Shown piece after piece: positions 20,663 through 35,388 of a stretch of DNA of 36,861 nt. A program made the translations under genes and the position numbers. The DNA comes from Bigelowiella natans CCMP2755 (taxonomy: Eukaryota; Protista; Cercozoa), in contig ADNK01001989.1 in assembly GCA_000320545.1 (NCBI GenBank), forward strand, positions 1 through 36,861, given 5' to 3'. Numbering within the stretch: the stretch's first letter is position 1; the number at the start of each line of letters is the position of its first letter. The notes beneath the pieces are model-generated. The model saw only the letters and a program-made list of their open reading frames with translations. It ran no database searches and was not told where the DNA came from.

Positions 20663-21957
20663 GTGTTGCACCACAATGCGACATCTAGACATGATGAGCA
20701 TTGTGGCATTGCTCATTGCACAGTGATGCGTGCAATGTGTGCATTGCTGCATTGCACACCATTGGTGTCGAACCAAGGTGCCCCAGGTCACGCCATGTGC
20801 TGCATGCTGGCATGCATGGCTAGATGGGTTGGAAAACATCTAGCTGGACATCTGCACTCGATCACAGTGAAATTTGCGCAGGCGGGATGTTCAGGCAAAC
20901 GTGATGAAACATGCATCGTCCTTTGCCAGCAATCAATTTTGAAACAATTTGCGCGCTCAATTGCAGCCCTGATGTCAGTTCTGGAGTTGTGACTTTGCAC
21001 CAGCTGCTTGACAAATGTGTCACACACGTCGTGCAGATCGTGCACACTGTGTCTGCAGTTTGGACTGCCAGACTGCCTGGCAAATGAGCTGGAAAGCTGG
21101 AAAGTTTCATTGTTGATTGTTGCATCTCACCCGCCGCGCAGCCCAACTGTTCCGTTGAAAGAACAGTTCTAGAGTTGCCAACGAGCAGTTTTTGCTGTGT
21201 CACTGGTTCGAACGGACTCGAACGTGTTTGTGCGAACAGCCTGTTTGGCGTGCCGCATGCGAATGGTCACGTTCCAGCACTTGATGAACTCGAACACGTT
21301 GCAAGCAAGTCTGGAAACGTGTTCATTCGAGTGATCACGGTGCTGTTCGTTCCAACAGTGTTTTTTTTGCGTGCAGTGAACAACACGGGCGCACTGTCGT
21401 GTGTGCACGCGTCGCGTGTTTCGACCGGAAACGTGCATCACAACGCACGTGCTCTGGTGCTAGTAGCTGGCTAGCGCACAGCGGCATTGTTGCACCACCC
21501 AGATCGACCATGCACAATTGTGCCCGGAACACAACGTGGACGTGCGTGCGTGTTTGTGCGATGTGAGGACAGACTCGTTGCACAGCTCTTGTCTGGTTGT
21601 TGCAAGCTGGCAAGCAAGGTCTCGGGTCACTTGAACGCGTGAAAGAGGTTGCAAGTCGTCCAACAGCAAGGTCTCGAGTTGTTCAAATGCGGAAGGGGTC
21701 ATGTCACATGCTGTCAAGGCTTCGATGTGTTGCTCAAGTGTGAAAGAAACCATCTGAAGTCTGCTTCTGTGGAAGGACGAACAGCAAGCATTTCCATCAT
21801 CATCGCACTCTTGTGGTTTTCTTCTGTGAATCAAGTTTGGACACTTTCTCCTTTGTTTGTTCGAAGTTCCCCGGGCACTGCCAAATCGCATCGGAGGAGC
21901 GCCTTCCTTTTTCATTGTGAGACAACCAATGTTCGCTCCAAAACCAAAAAAACAGGC
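20663..21957. other. TpA-depleted tract (TpA survives almost only in CTAG)
   Basis: Manual scan: 7 TA in ~1.3 kb, 6 of them in CTAG; CpG abundant. Confidence 0.9.
20790..21760 (-). mobile_element. Eroded DNA transposon relic, possibly PIF/Harbinger (DDE_Tnp_4) transposase
   Basis: Fragments CDMTPSAFEQLETLLLDDL (like RM...F..L...L) and SHNSRTDIRAAIERAN (like N...S..R..IERA.G.LK); multiple frameshifts; almost no Tyr codons; termini not found. Confidence 0.4.
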
Positions 21958-22633
21958 TAAATTCCGTCCGGGACACGATGGTCAGCAAAAGAACAGCCCG
22001 AAGTGCTCCTGGATGCGACACCATGCTTTTTTGGTCACACATGTGTGAGATGCCTGCATTTCCACACGAAATGCTTCATTTCCACTAGTCGCATGCGCAA
22101 AATGGCCAATGCGCATTGGTATTCGAAGATTCTGTCGAGGTGGATCTGGCAGCCGGTACCCCTCTGTCTGCACCGGAAGGAGCAGCTTGAATTTGATTTA
22201 CACGCCCCAGAGTCAGCATAGTGGTCTGCCACAGGGAACCACGTACCCCTGTCGTTCCCCACCTGAGAACTCTTTGCTCGGATCCGAGCGACGCTGGCAA
22301 TTCACATCAGCCTCATTGGTACGAGATCATGATTCAGGGTTTGCTGCGGTGTTTTGTGTGGGGCATGTCAGTCTGTTCCCTCGGTTAGTAGGCTTCAAAC
22401 TTGGAAGTCTAAATCAAAATATTTCTTTTTGTAGCGCCAAATGCTAATGACAACGAGCGCGCTGGAGAATGTTGCGGACCGTGAAGAGTAATGGCATTCG
22501 CGCCCTCTTTTATTTTTAGAAGAACTAAGGGAGGAAGGGGGAAAATAGACATGGGCAGCAGATGAGACGATTTTTTATGCTGAACTATTTAATAGGTGTT
22601 TGTGTGTATGTGTGTGTGTGTGTGTAAAAGAGC

Positions 22634-22671
<38 letters not shown>

Positions 22672-22922
22672 CGCCAAAAAAAAGTAATTCCTAGGAATTG
22701 ACTAATATTTTGGTTCCCAATAGGAATTCTGCTGATTCTGCAACACCATCAACGACGATATCCACCCGGGTACGACCGTTGTTTGCAACTGAGCCTGCAA
22801 GTTATCCAAGTTGCCTGACTGATTCTACCCTTGCATTCTTCTTGCAGAATTCAAGTTTCGTAGTTACACAACCAGAGATTTTCAGGCCACCCCACCTCCA
22901 AACTCCTTCGAGAAACTTAACG

Positions 22923-24663
22923 ATGGTCAGTCAAAAGCTCTCAGAATCGAAGCTGGAGAACCTGTTCAAAAGAAAGGTCGATACGATCTTAGTCATGGGT
23001 GACAAAGGCAGCGGCAAAACTACATTTATAAATACATATGTAGAGAACAACAGGTAGTATATTTTAAATGGAAACATTAATGATGCTTGTATACAGAAAA
23101 ATATTGCCGTTATTGAATCATAATCAATCTTACATATACCACGACATTTGTACGTCAGCAAACTCGCGGCTGAAGTTCAGTTCGTTGAGGTGCCTGCGCA
23201 CGACATCTCGAAGATAACTCGGTGCAATTTCCTCGCTTTCCCTCTCAATTTTGACTAGACAGTTTTATTCCTCTTTGCTGGTTGTATACCAACATGATTC
23301 GTAAAAATTATCGGCTATTTCTTCACGCACCAGTGGTTATACTTATTATGTACCCCCTTCTCCTTTTCCCTCTCTCCAACTCCCCTTCCAGGAAGTTGTG
23401 TCGAAAGACCGCCGCAGCAGTCGTTATTTGCGATGTGAACTCAAAGAGCTCTATTGCAGCAGCCGGCCGCTGGAAAACTGCTTTGGATAAGAGCACCTCT
23501 TTCTATAGGCCGGTGCCTTCTATCTTCGTCGGCAACAAGGTCGGAATGTCGGAATAAAACCATCGATTTAACACAGTTACCGAACCAACTATGCGCTGTA
23601 CCGCTGCTGCGATCATCAATTTTCTGACATTATTTTGGCGAGGGGGGGGGAGAGGGGAAGAGCTGCTAAAGGAGAAAGTTACTTTGTGGGTTTGATGTGG
23701 TAGAAATTAACTTTGAATCATACCTTTAGGTGGACTTGCTGACAGATATTGAGAGGGGGATGGCGATTGGGGCAGAAGCCCAACGTTTGGGTACGAAGCA
23801 CGGATTTAACAGGTATGGATCAGTACTTATACCTGCAGTTGTAGTGTATTAGCATCGGCCCGAATTGTATTGTAGTCATCCATTTTCCCTCTAATTGCCT
23901 GCAAATCTCTTTTGACAAGTACACTAAGTAAAGGTGCTTGGATATGTGCACATGCGTGAACACTCGCACACACGTCCGCTATGCATAATTGTAAAACATA
24001 ACATGTCTCTTTGCCTGTGCACATAGCTCTACTCCACATTAATCCTCTTCCCACCTTTCAATTCTCGCAAGATGGTTCGTGACTGAAGCGGCAGTTGCCA
24101 AGAACGTCAAGAATGCTATGGAGGAGCTGCTGATCGTAATGGCAAAGTCAAACCGCCAGTCTTTTGACTACGTGGTGGCATCTCTCGCTAAGTCCAAGCG
24201 GCAGGAGGAAGTTGTGACGAAGATCAGTGACGAGGAAATCGACGAAATCAAGGAAGGCTCTGCATTCATTAAATACGGGCGGAACGGCAAGCCAAAACTC
24301 CGAATTTTATGGATAAATGAAGATGGGACGCGCCTTTGCTGGGGCCTCATCAAGGGCAAGGCAAGCAACTCCTTCAGCCTTTCAACGATAAATGGCATTA
24401 TTACAGGCCAGAGAACGCCTTCATTTCGAAAGTGTGCAAAGAAGGAGCATCGGGCCGACCGAAACGTCCGTCGTTCCTTCTCGCTGCTGATCTCCGGCAA
24501 CATTGAGCGGAAGTCAATCGACCTGATGGCTACAAGCGACAAGATTTATGAGGTATGGAACAAGTTTTTCCAGGTCGTCATCGCCCACAAAGAGATTAGA
24601 TTTCGAAATGGCGCGGCGAGGATCTGCTCCACACAGCCACGTGACTCCCGCACGATAATCTAA
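22923..24663 (+). CDS. Divergent Rab-like small GTPase (Rab32/38/29-like features) fused to a C-terminal PLC-type PH domain; 5 exons
   Basis: P-loop GDKGSGKT, RWKTALD...PVPSIFVGNK|VDL, GFNR|WFVTEA; PH domain EGSAFIKYGRNGKPKLRILWINEDGTRLCWG...IITGQRTPSFRK...RSFSLL...SIDLMA...YEVW. Confidence 0.75.
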
Positions 24664-25301
24664 AATATGGGAGAAGCCTAAAAATAAAAATTATATTAAC
24701 CTTCAATTCTTACCGCGTGATTTACCCCAAATAGTGAAGATAGAAGACTGCACACATGAAATCAGTCGGTTACTATCTTAAATATGTATGATGCGCTGTA
24801 TAGTAATTAGGACGTTGATGTGAAAATCCTTCGATGCACCGTTTTTTAAATTGTAACGCTAACATCAGAAGTCATGTTCTGCAACTTGCAATTGAATATC
24901 ATGCGATTGTCGCCACACCACTTCGTTTATTCATAAGCGAACCCGTCGCTCTCTTGCATACGGATCAAGCATTCTAAAATTTCCCACCATCATGCCATGA
25001 GTTTCTTGTCATCACCCCACCTCACGTCCGCATCGTCTCACAACATGCAAGCATGGCATGCATGATCAGCGAAACATGGCGTCGTGCGTCATGCTCTAGT
25101 GCTGTACGATGTACACTGTAAGTGTGAAGTAGTTGAGCAATTTGCATCACACAGCACGAACGTGTTGCGCTGCAACGCCATCTTCGGTCCGGTGGGTCGC
25201 ACATGGATTGCATAGTAGCATGACACATGAAAATGTTTAAGATGGAATGTTAGCGTTACAAGATCCAATGATAGGTAACAAATCTTGACGGAAGATCATC
25301 A

Positions 25302-27623
25302 TTATTCATTGTTTTTCGCATTGCCGTCTTCTTCAATGTAAACAAAGTCGTCTGTTTCATCGCCTTCCTTCTGCACCTTAGCAACAGCAACATCGTGTTC
25401 ATGATCCTTCTTGGAGCCGTCATTCCCACTCACCGCTGTTGTTTCGTCAGGGATCTCCGAAGCTTTTAGCTCCTCGTTCTCCCTTCCCTTGTTCTCTGCC
25501 TTCAATAAACTCTTATCCGGCTTCTCAATCTTCCGTACCCCATTCTCTATCTCATCCTCACCCGACTTCAACAAATTCTTTGCCACCTTATCTGCCTCCC
25601 TCTTGTGTTCTCGACACACAAGAGCTACCTGCCCTAAAATGGCGTCAAACTTGCTGGTGTCGGGCCTATCGGGGTCTAGCCGGTGCTGCTGTGCTTCTAT
25701 GCGAAGCGCATTGAGACGGTCCTTAATTGCTCCACGCACACCCGCACGCAGAAAGGATACGAGTTGCACCTGGGCTTTGGGATTTATCTCCTCCAAATAC
25801 TTCTCCCATAGCTCTGCAAACGAATAGCCGTTGAACTTTTGGTTCTCCCCCTCGTCACTCACAAGGATGAAAATGTCAAACTTCATCTTGTTCTTGTAGT
25901 AGGGCCAGAGAGCAGCCGCCATCGACGTCGCGCCCTTCGCGGGTACCGCTTCTACAATTTTCAGGACGTCCAGCGCCGAGCGAGGCTGACAAGGGGCCTT
26001 GATGACCTCCTCGTTAAAGAATATCAGGTTAGCGTCCAGGGCCAGGGAGAGCAGCGATCCCAAAATGGTCGACGACTTGATGGCGACTTCCATAGAACCA
26101 GAGGCATCGCCAGCCACAACAAGCCGAAGGCCCGAAGCGTTCAGTTTATGTTCCTTGAGCATGCTTTCCGCATGCGGTAGTAACTGCGGGGCGAATGCAG
26201 TCTTGCTCTCTCGGAAAAAAAGCATGCGCTCCATGAGCTTTCCGTACGCAGTGTTCTGGCGACCCGCCTTGAGCGCCTTCATCACGGACTTGCTATCGGC
26301 CTCCAGTCGCCTCTGTATTGCTGCCTCTGCCTTAGGGCACACAAGCTCGTGATACCACCATATCGCCTCATCTAAAGGCATACTCTCTGCTAGAAGCCCT
26401 TTTGCCTCATCTGATATCTCGCGTTTATCGACAAGGGAATCGGTCGCAGAAAGGCGGGATTTGTTGGCGAAAAGCCATTCAATCATCTCGTCTGCCTGGA
26501 CCGCGTCTTCAGGAACTTTGTTCCAAAAATGGTTAGCAGTTGCGGCGGCAGTCTTCTCGTCAAATCCCATCATAACGAGCGTCTGTAGGCGTGAGTCGAA
26601 GATCTTCCTCTCTGGTCGGTTGTCCTTGAGAGACTTTCGGAGGAAACTGTACACAGTAGCTAGCTGTGGCTCCTTCTTGAGCTGCTCTGTAATGTTCCCT
26701 CTATCGACACTTCGTGCCACGGCAACGAGACTTTCTTTCGGAATAGCGCTTTTTTTTTATTCACCATCATTACTATTCTCAAAAACCGCATCCTGGAAGA
26801 AGGAGAGCTGCAAATCAGCTGGCTTAAGATGCAATAGGTCGAAAGCTGGCTTCCATGCGTCCACAGAGTAGTGAAGAAGGTAGAACTGTAGAGAGTTCTT
26901 ATCAATGCTTTGGAACCATTCCTTGAAGAATCGAACCGCTCCACGATTAAGGGACGTCCCGGGCCACATATCGCGCTCAAGATGGTGAGCCGCCGTCCTC
27001 CGCTTAGCCAACGTGCTTTTCCGAACTGCTTTCGGGTTCGACTTGAGTTTTTCTTCCATATCCCGTATTTCGCGGCGCATCCTTCGAATTTTCCGTGGTG
27101 CATCGATCATCTCCATAGCCTTCAACACCTCTGCGAAAGCATACAGAGGCGAATCAATCAAAGCTTTCGCGTGCTGACGCTCAATCGTGTACACAGCGGC
27201 AAGGATTCTTGATTTTGTTGCAGAACTAAAGAGTTGTGCGACCCCAAAATCGATCAATAGTTTTAGCTGTGCTAGATAATCGTTGCTGTTTGAGATCAGT
27301 CCTCTGATGTGGCTGTCGAGCTTAGGCTCATCATTCCCCTCAAAGAAGTGGAATAGGTTGTGGATCTGTTCCTTTGTGAACGGATGTTTCTTCAGCTCTT
27401 CAATCTCTGCCTCAACAAACTCTTTTTTTTCTCGAGCCTGCACTTCTGCATTCTTTCTTTCTCTTGCCTTCCGCTTAGCTCTTTTCTTCATAAGCTCTTT
27501 CTCCCTCTCTTCGGCCTTTACTTCTTCCGTTTTCCTCTCCCCCTCGAGCTTTGATTCACTTACACTTTCTTCTTCTGCCTTAACCATCTTTTGAGTCGGT
27601 GATTTATCGGCTAACGTCTCCAT
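25302..27623 (-). CDS. vWA-domain protein with UBA-like insert; one in-frame TAA at 26757-26759
   Basis: MIDAS GDASGSM...GATS...ILVSDEGEN; UBA-like LQTLVMMGFDEKTA...MIEWLFAN; ORFs 27764-26757 and 26720-25302 share one frame, separated only by TAA. Confidence 0.7.
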
Positions 27624-28058
27624 TTTCGTTTTGAAGCGTTGAGCTGTGTGCGGGGAACAACACAAGCTCGAAACCGGAAAAGTCCTCTTCCATTCCGAGA
27701 AGTTTCGAGAAATTTCGAGGGACAGCGAGTTCCCGGAGGAGTCTCCCCAGAGTCTCTGAGACATTCGATATAATTACAGGCGATTAGTTTACCTTCGCTT
27801 CCTATGTATTCTATAAATAGCCACTCGTTTTGGCCTGCGACATAACAGGACTCGTTTCTAAGAGATAGAATTGAGGATTGCAAGCTCTATTCGAAGAAAT
27901 AACTTGTCTTACTTCTCGCTTTCCGTAGTTCAGAAGGGAAGGAGCGTTGTTTCGTAAGAGGTCGCGAGCTGGGGGGGACTAACTTTTGAGCACTGTATAA
28001 TTTTATAAGGCTTAGACACAATATATTCGGCTTCTATACTAATTTTCATTAGGCTGAG

Positions 28059-28569
28059 ATGGTTTGCAAAAAATGCGAAAAGAAGTTGAAAGCAGTAATT
28101 TGCCCTGAGCCATGGAAAGGTGAGGAGATACATGGAAGAGGGATTTTTTCGTCTGCAATAGTTCTCGAGAAGATAAATAAAATTCTAACCCTGATTTTTT
28201 CCCCCGAACCACAGCTGGGTCAAAAAATTCGAAAGCTGGTGCCGTAGGGCGGAAGGTGAATCAGAACAGGCTTCTAGGATGTGCGAAACTCAAGCATGGG
28301 AGCATAAAAAAGAAGAAATTCCAGCCTTTTAACAAAAAGAAATGCAAAATTTGTAAGCAACAGCTTCACAAACCCGGATACTATTGCCAGGGTTGCGCAT
28401 ACGAGAAAGGTTCCCTTATTTTTCCGTTTAACCTCCTCGATAGTGCCCCCCTAATTTATAAAAACTGATGAAAATTAAGTAAAATTGTATCCATGGTGTT
28501 TCAGGAATCTGCACCATGTGTGGAAAAAAAATATTAGACACACAGTATTATAAGCAAAGAAGTACCTAA
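28059..28569 (+). CDS. CRIPT: Cysteine-rich PDZ-binding protein CRIPT homolog (3 exons)
   Basis: MVCKKCEKKLKAVICPEPWK|...GRKVNQNRLL...CKICKQQLHKPGYYCQGCAYEK|GICTMCGKKILDTQYYKQRST*. Confidence 0.92.
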
Positions 28570-28759
28570 ATGGTATTGGAAGCGTCTCTTGATTTGTACA
28601 TCTTACTCCTCTTGGAATCGGGCGTGTCCATGTCCCATGTCGCCAATTAGCACGTTAGTTTATGAGTGTTTGAATAACAAAAAGATGATAATAGACATAG
28701 CAATATCACACATAGAATGTATATGGCATTGCATGTCTATCATGATGACATAGAAATCT

Positions 28760-29505
28760 TAGCAATGCATGCCGTGTCTGCCATGGTGCTGCAAACAAAT
28801 GCAAAAAGAACAAAGCTGACATGGTGAGCTTCACCTTCAGTTCATGTCACCAGCTAGCTAGTGTGGTGTGCTGTGCAGCATGTTCGTTGGGTTGCCAACA
28901 CTGCAGACTCAGCGTTTGCATGACACGCAGCACATGCCTGCAAACGTGTCCATTGTCAACGCGCCAGCGTGTGTCCACAGATGTGGTCTGGGCTAGTGAG
29001 TGGTGCTCATCTTCAAAATCACACACGCATGTGGATGTCCATGTTTCTGTTCAAATGAAAGAATGCGTTTTTTTTCAGCTGGCATCATGGCCTTGTGCCT
29101 GAACAATTATGCTGTTCATCTGTTCACTTTCAAGACTGCAGTGACAGCTGCGGCACTGGAAGTCGAACAAAAGAAATTTCCATTTTTCCTGGCCGCCGAA
29201 AAAGATGACATTTTTTCGGGCAACACAAACTGAAAAAGATGATCACTTTCAATCACAGCAAGCCTTTGAATGTTGTCGCAGGATGAAGATGCAAGGAAAA
29301 GTGCATCGGAAAACACTCGTTGCTTTCCTCGCAACATCTGCATTCGAGGCAAATCAGTACAAAACTGGACAAAACTCAGAACCAACATGGACATTTTGGG
29401 GTTTCAATGAACTCGTTTCAGTGATGCGACACACAATGCTCCCTCTTTGTATGGAACAAACACCTGTGTTTGAAGGCGCCATCAAAATTCAACTCAAAAA
29501 ATCAG
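28760..29505. other. TpA-depleted intergenic tract
   Basis: Very few TA outside CTAG; rich in CATG/TGCA/CACA. Confidence 0.8.
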
Positions 29506-29622
29506 TCTTAGGGGCAAAAGATTGCACAGTACAGAAAGTTCCGCTAATACCGTACACAAAACTCGTTCCCCAAACCAACCCCGAACTAGGCACCAATATA
29601 CCTACAACCTAAACAAATAGAG

Positions 29623-31707
<2,085 letters not shown>

Positions 31708-31889
31708 AATTTCACATAGGCAAGGAGGCATCAGCAGGCGACCTTCATGTACAACGTGCATGATGCTACAGTCAAGCAAGTGAACATGTGTCGATTTGAA
31801 ACATGTGATTCGCCAGCTCTTAAATCACAGATTCACTAGTTTAGTCCATTTGTTTTCTCTGGTACATGTGCGGGCATTGCTAATCATCA

Positions 31890-33290
31890 TTGCAAACCTG
31901 CAGCGACGCCGCTGGCACAGTGTTCTAGTGTTGTCATGGAGCTGGATTGACGAAAAGTCAAAAGGGCTGGATGGTGGAGAGCGCATCCTCTGCATGCAAT
32001 GAGAATCAAACGAGCATGTCTAGATGTGTGATCCTAGCTAGCCGGAGCCCTGACACAAAATTTGACGTGCTAGCGTGCTAGCGTGCTCTGGAGCTCTGTC
32101 ATCTCACATGTCGCTTCATGCACCACAACTGCATCAAGTGTGCAACGAATGGCATGAATTTTTAATTGAGAGTCATTGAGTGCACATTTGCGCGTTTGTG
32201 TGCGCCCAGGCTAGCAGGTGCATGCTTTTTGCGTGCGTGTGCTGAAACTTCGCACGTCCATGAAGCTAGTGTGCACACACCCTCATGAGCTTGCAAAACT
32301 TGTGGCACGCAAATGCAAATGCGCTAGCGTGTTCAAAAGTGGCAAGAATTTTTCAATTTTCGCCCGCTGGCAAGCGTTGAAAAATGAGGTTTTCAAGCTG
32401 AAATTCGAAAAAAAAATCAAATTTGAACCTCAAACAGGCTCCAGTGTGCTTCCAATGTCCAATTGCAACGATTGGGCGCGCCAGGCGCCACGCGCAAAGC
32501 ACAGTTTGTTCAAAACCCACTCGTCACCGGGATTGATGCAGTTGTGACTAGTTCAGATGGACTGGTGGGGCCAGGACCATCTAGCCATCATGCTAGCATG
32601 CTAGCATGTTCAGCGAGCGCTAGCTAGACGTGAAACAAGTCAGCCAGAGCAAGCCAGCAAGCAAGCAAGCGTTGGAGCGTGGCACATGCTAGCATGCTGC
32701 TTGCATCATTCTGGCATTGCTGAATTGTCGATTTGGGCAATTTTGAGAGCCATTGAACATTGAACGTTGCACTGAGCATTCCAGCACTCCAGCGCATTGC
32801 TGGGTTGACGCACAACAACGTGCGCAACAACCACATGGGAGACCTGGAGACATGCCAGCATGCTCTGGTGCTAGCTAGCTAGCTCTAGAGCTAGCTAGCA
32901 TGCATGTGCATTTTCAGATTTGCACGCATTGAACAAAGCATTGATGCAAAAACTGCACGAGCAACACGGCCGGGAGACACGCACAAACACGCAGCAGCGC
33001 CTCAACCAAACTAGCAAAATCATTCTGGCATTGCGAGGACTTGTCAGCTGCAATGAACAATGAACAATGAACAATGAATGAAGCATTGATGCAAAACTAC
33101 ATGAGCAAGAACCACATGGGAGACAAGCTAGACATGCACAAACGTGCAGCAGCGCCTCAACAAAAATCTTTGCGAGGACTTGTCAGCACCCTGTTCTAGT
33201 GTTGGTCAGCAGCAGCCCATCAGCGCTAGAGCGCCCACAAGCCAAAGTCATGCCGAAGGAGCAACGGTGAGAATCTCCTAGAATTTCGAG
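31890..33290. other. TpA-depleted, CTAG-enriched tract
   Basis: Manual scan: 2 non-CTAG TA (32163, 33098) versus roughly 25 CTAG in 1.4 kb. Confidence 0.9.
32931..33187. repeat. Two diverged tandem units (~115 bp) separated by (CAATGAA)n
   Basis: AAGCATTGATGCAAAA...GGGAGAC...GCAGCAGCGCCTCAAC...TTGCGAGGACTTGTCAGC occurs at 32931-33048 and 33076-33187. Confidence 0.8.
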
Positions 33291-35166
33291 GCGTATTTCT
33301 AATTTGTAGGGGGGTTTTCATCAGCGACAAAGGACTCAAAAGGCAACTCAGGTGGCCGTCCAGACATCAACGATGATCTGCTTCCGGTTCGGCCCTGCAG
33401 TGGTCCTCCACAGGTGGAGCAGCGCGCAAGCATCCTGTGTCCTCAAATCATGCAAGTCTGAGTAGATTCTTACTATTATCTATTCGATTTGCAAAGGCTG
33501 GGTCGCTTCCGGGATCTGGCAACATGTGGCAAGATCCGAGCTTGCTCGCCTTCGCCTCTAGAGCAAGCTGGCGGGTGTCAGCGATTTCGAAACCGATGGG
33601 CGTCTATTCGCCGTCTGTCACAGAACACCTCTGGAAATGGTGAGGAAAAGCCTTCCTACAAGATTACTCAAAACGTGACAGGTATCCTCGGCTCCACAAA
33701 ACGGTGAGTGAGTAATTGCGGTAGCTACGTGGTTGGAGAAACACAAGTTTTAGTGTGTCGTCCTCGTTCAGGTCATTCTTAGTCTCGGACGATGGTAGTT
33801 CTGCAATACCCACCGAGCTATCAAACGCTGGCAATGAGCCGATGAAACACGTTGGAGGTGGTTCGGAGAGTTCAGCAGGGGCTCTGAAAGCGCTGTTTCC
33901 AGCACTCTCCGGGTGTGTCGACTACTATTAGCTAGTGCGCTATTCAAACCATGTTTACAACTAACATATCTAGTCCGAGCTCTGAAGAAACTATTTACTA
34001 TTACTCCCGATCTGCGCCTTTTCGCAGACGAGTGCCGGGGCAGCTGGAGCGCCGAATCGAAGCCTTCGTGGTTCACATTCTTCCAAAGGTAACTAAGACG
34101 GTCGGTGAGTGTGCACGACGCATCCTATGGAATCATGACTATGTATCTTGCACGTTCTTAGAGATTCCAAGAATTTCCCCAGGGGTACTTTGCGTATGTA
34201 CGATGGTACATGCTGGCATGTAAGTACTGGAAGATAGAAGAGCGGGGGGGGCGAGGGAAGTCGGTAAAAATGGTGACGGAGCGAGGGTTAAGGAGGAACT
34301 TGTGTGGCCAAATTCTTCGATCTTTTCCGACGTAATGCACATTTGGAACATCAACGTATATTGCTCATAATGATTGCAGATGTTGCGGGGTCGACCTGCA
34401 TGGTTTTGTCCACACAGTCAATGCTCTATGCTATTGGGTACTAAAGCGTTTCTTATCGCCATCGTTAGGATTATCATCATTACCATCATCACCACCACCA
34501 TTGTCGTTCTCACAGTATATTACTCTCGAAACACTTTGGAAGAGGCGGAATCCAAAAATCATCATATTGTAGTGAGACCGGTGTACCCTCCCCCTCCTCT
34601 TGCTCAGGTTGGGAGCAGGATCGATACCTATGGCTGCTGCATTGAACTGGTAAAGCCGTTTGCCGTGTACAAACCAACCCTGTTAAAAACCTCGGAATAC
34701 TCATCCATCCCCCGCAAACTAACGGCCATTCTGCTCTCTTATCCGCGTCCTATTCGCCATACATTTTGTCATCTTTTAAGGGTGATCAAAGATGGCTTAG
34801 GGCAGCTCGGGGGCGTGCTCTTTGCATCCTGCATCAACAGTCGATTCGATGCCGACCCAAAGGTTTTATGCTGAACCATGTCTTTCGACCCCCCCCCCCC
34901 CCCTCCTCACACTCCAACGTCAATCTTGCCTCTCTTTCTTGCCTTCACAAACGCAAAGATGAAAATCCTCTACTCCTGGCAAGTGATGTTCCCATTGCTA
35001 GCCGTTTGTCTTAGCATCATCGCCTGTGAATTGGATCCTCATTATTACTATCAATGCCGTTGGCCCTTTTTTGCAGCGTTGGCGCATGGTGGCGGCTGTT
35101 GCTTTAGACAGTGGTATTATTTTATTTGCTATCTTTTTGACGGATGATCATCAGTGTATTGTACGA

Positions 35167-35228
<62 letters not shown>

Positions 35229-35357
35229 ATATTAAAATAGCAAACAAGCAAACAGGGTATGATTGATATGCCCGTAGCGACACAACGACTTAATAACAAG
35301 CCCGCTCTCCAAATCAAATGATTTCCTCCATCATCGTCATCGTCTTCTTCATCATCG

Positions 35358-35388
<31 letters not shown>

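Noticed and set aside
20663-21957. CpG-methylation decay or classical RIP as the cause of TG/CA excess
   Set aside because: CpG is plentiful in these tracts and TpA is lost rather than gained; the U6 copy shows TA->TG directly.
20540-22450. Numerous overlapping Cys/His-rich ORFs on both strands (also 7230-7758, 28821-29612, 32218-33086)
   Set aside because: Artefact of TpA loss, which removes TAA/TAG stops and turns Tyr into Cys/His; not genes.
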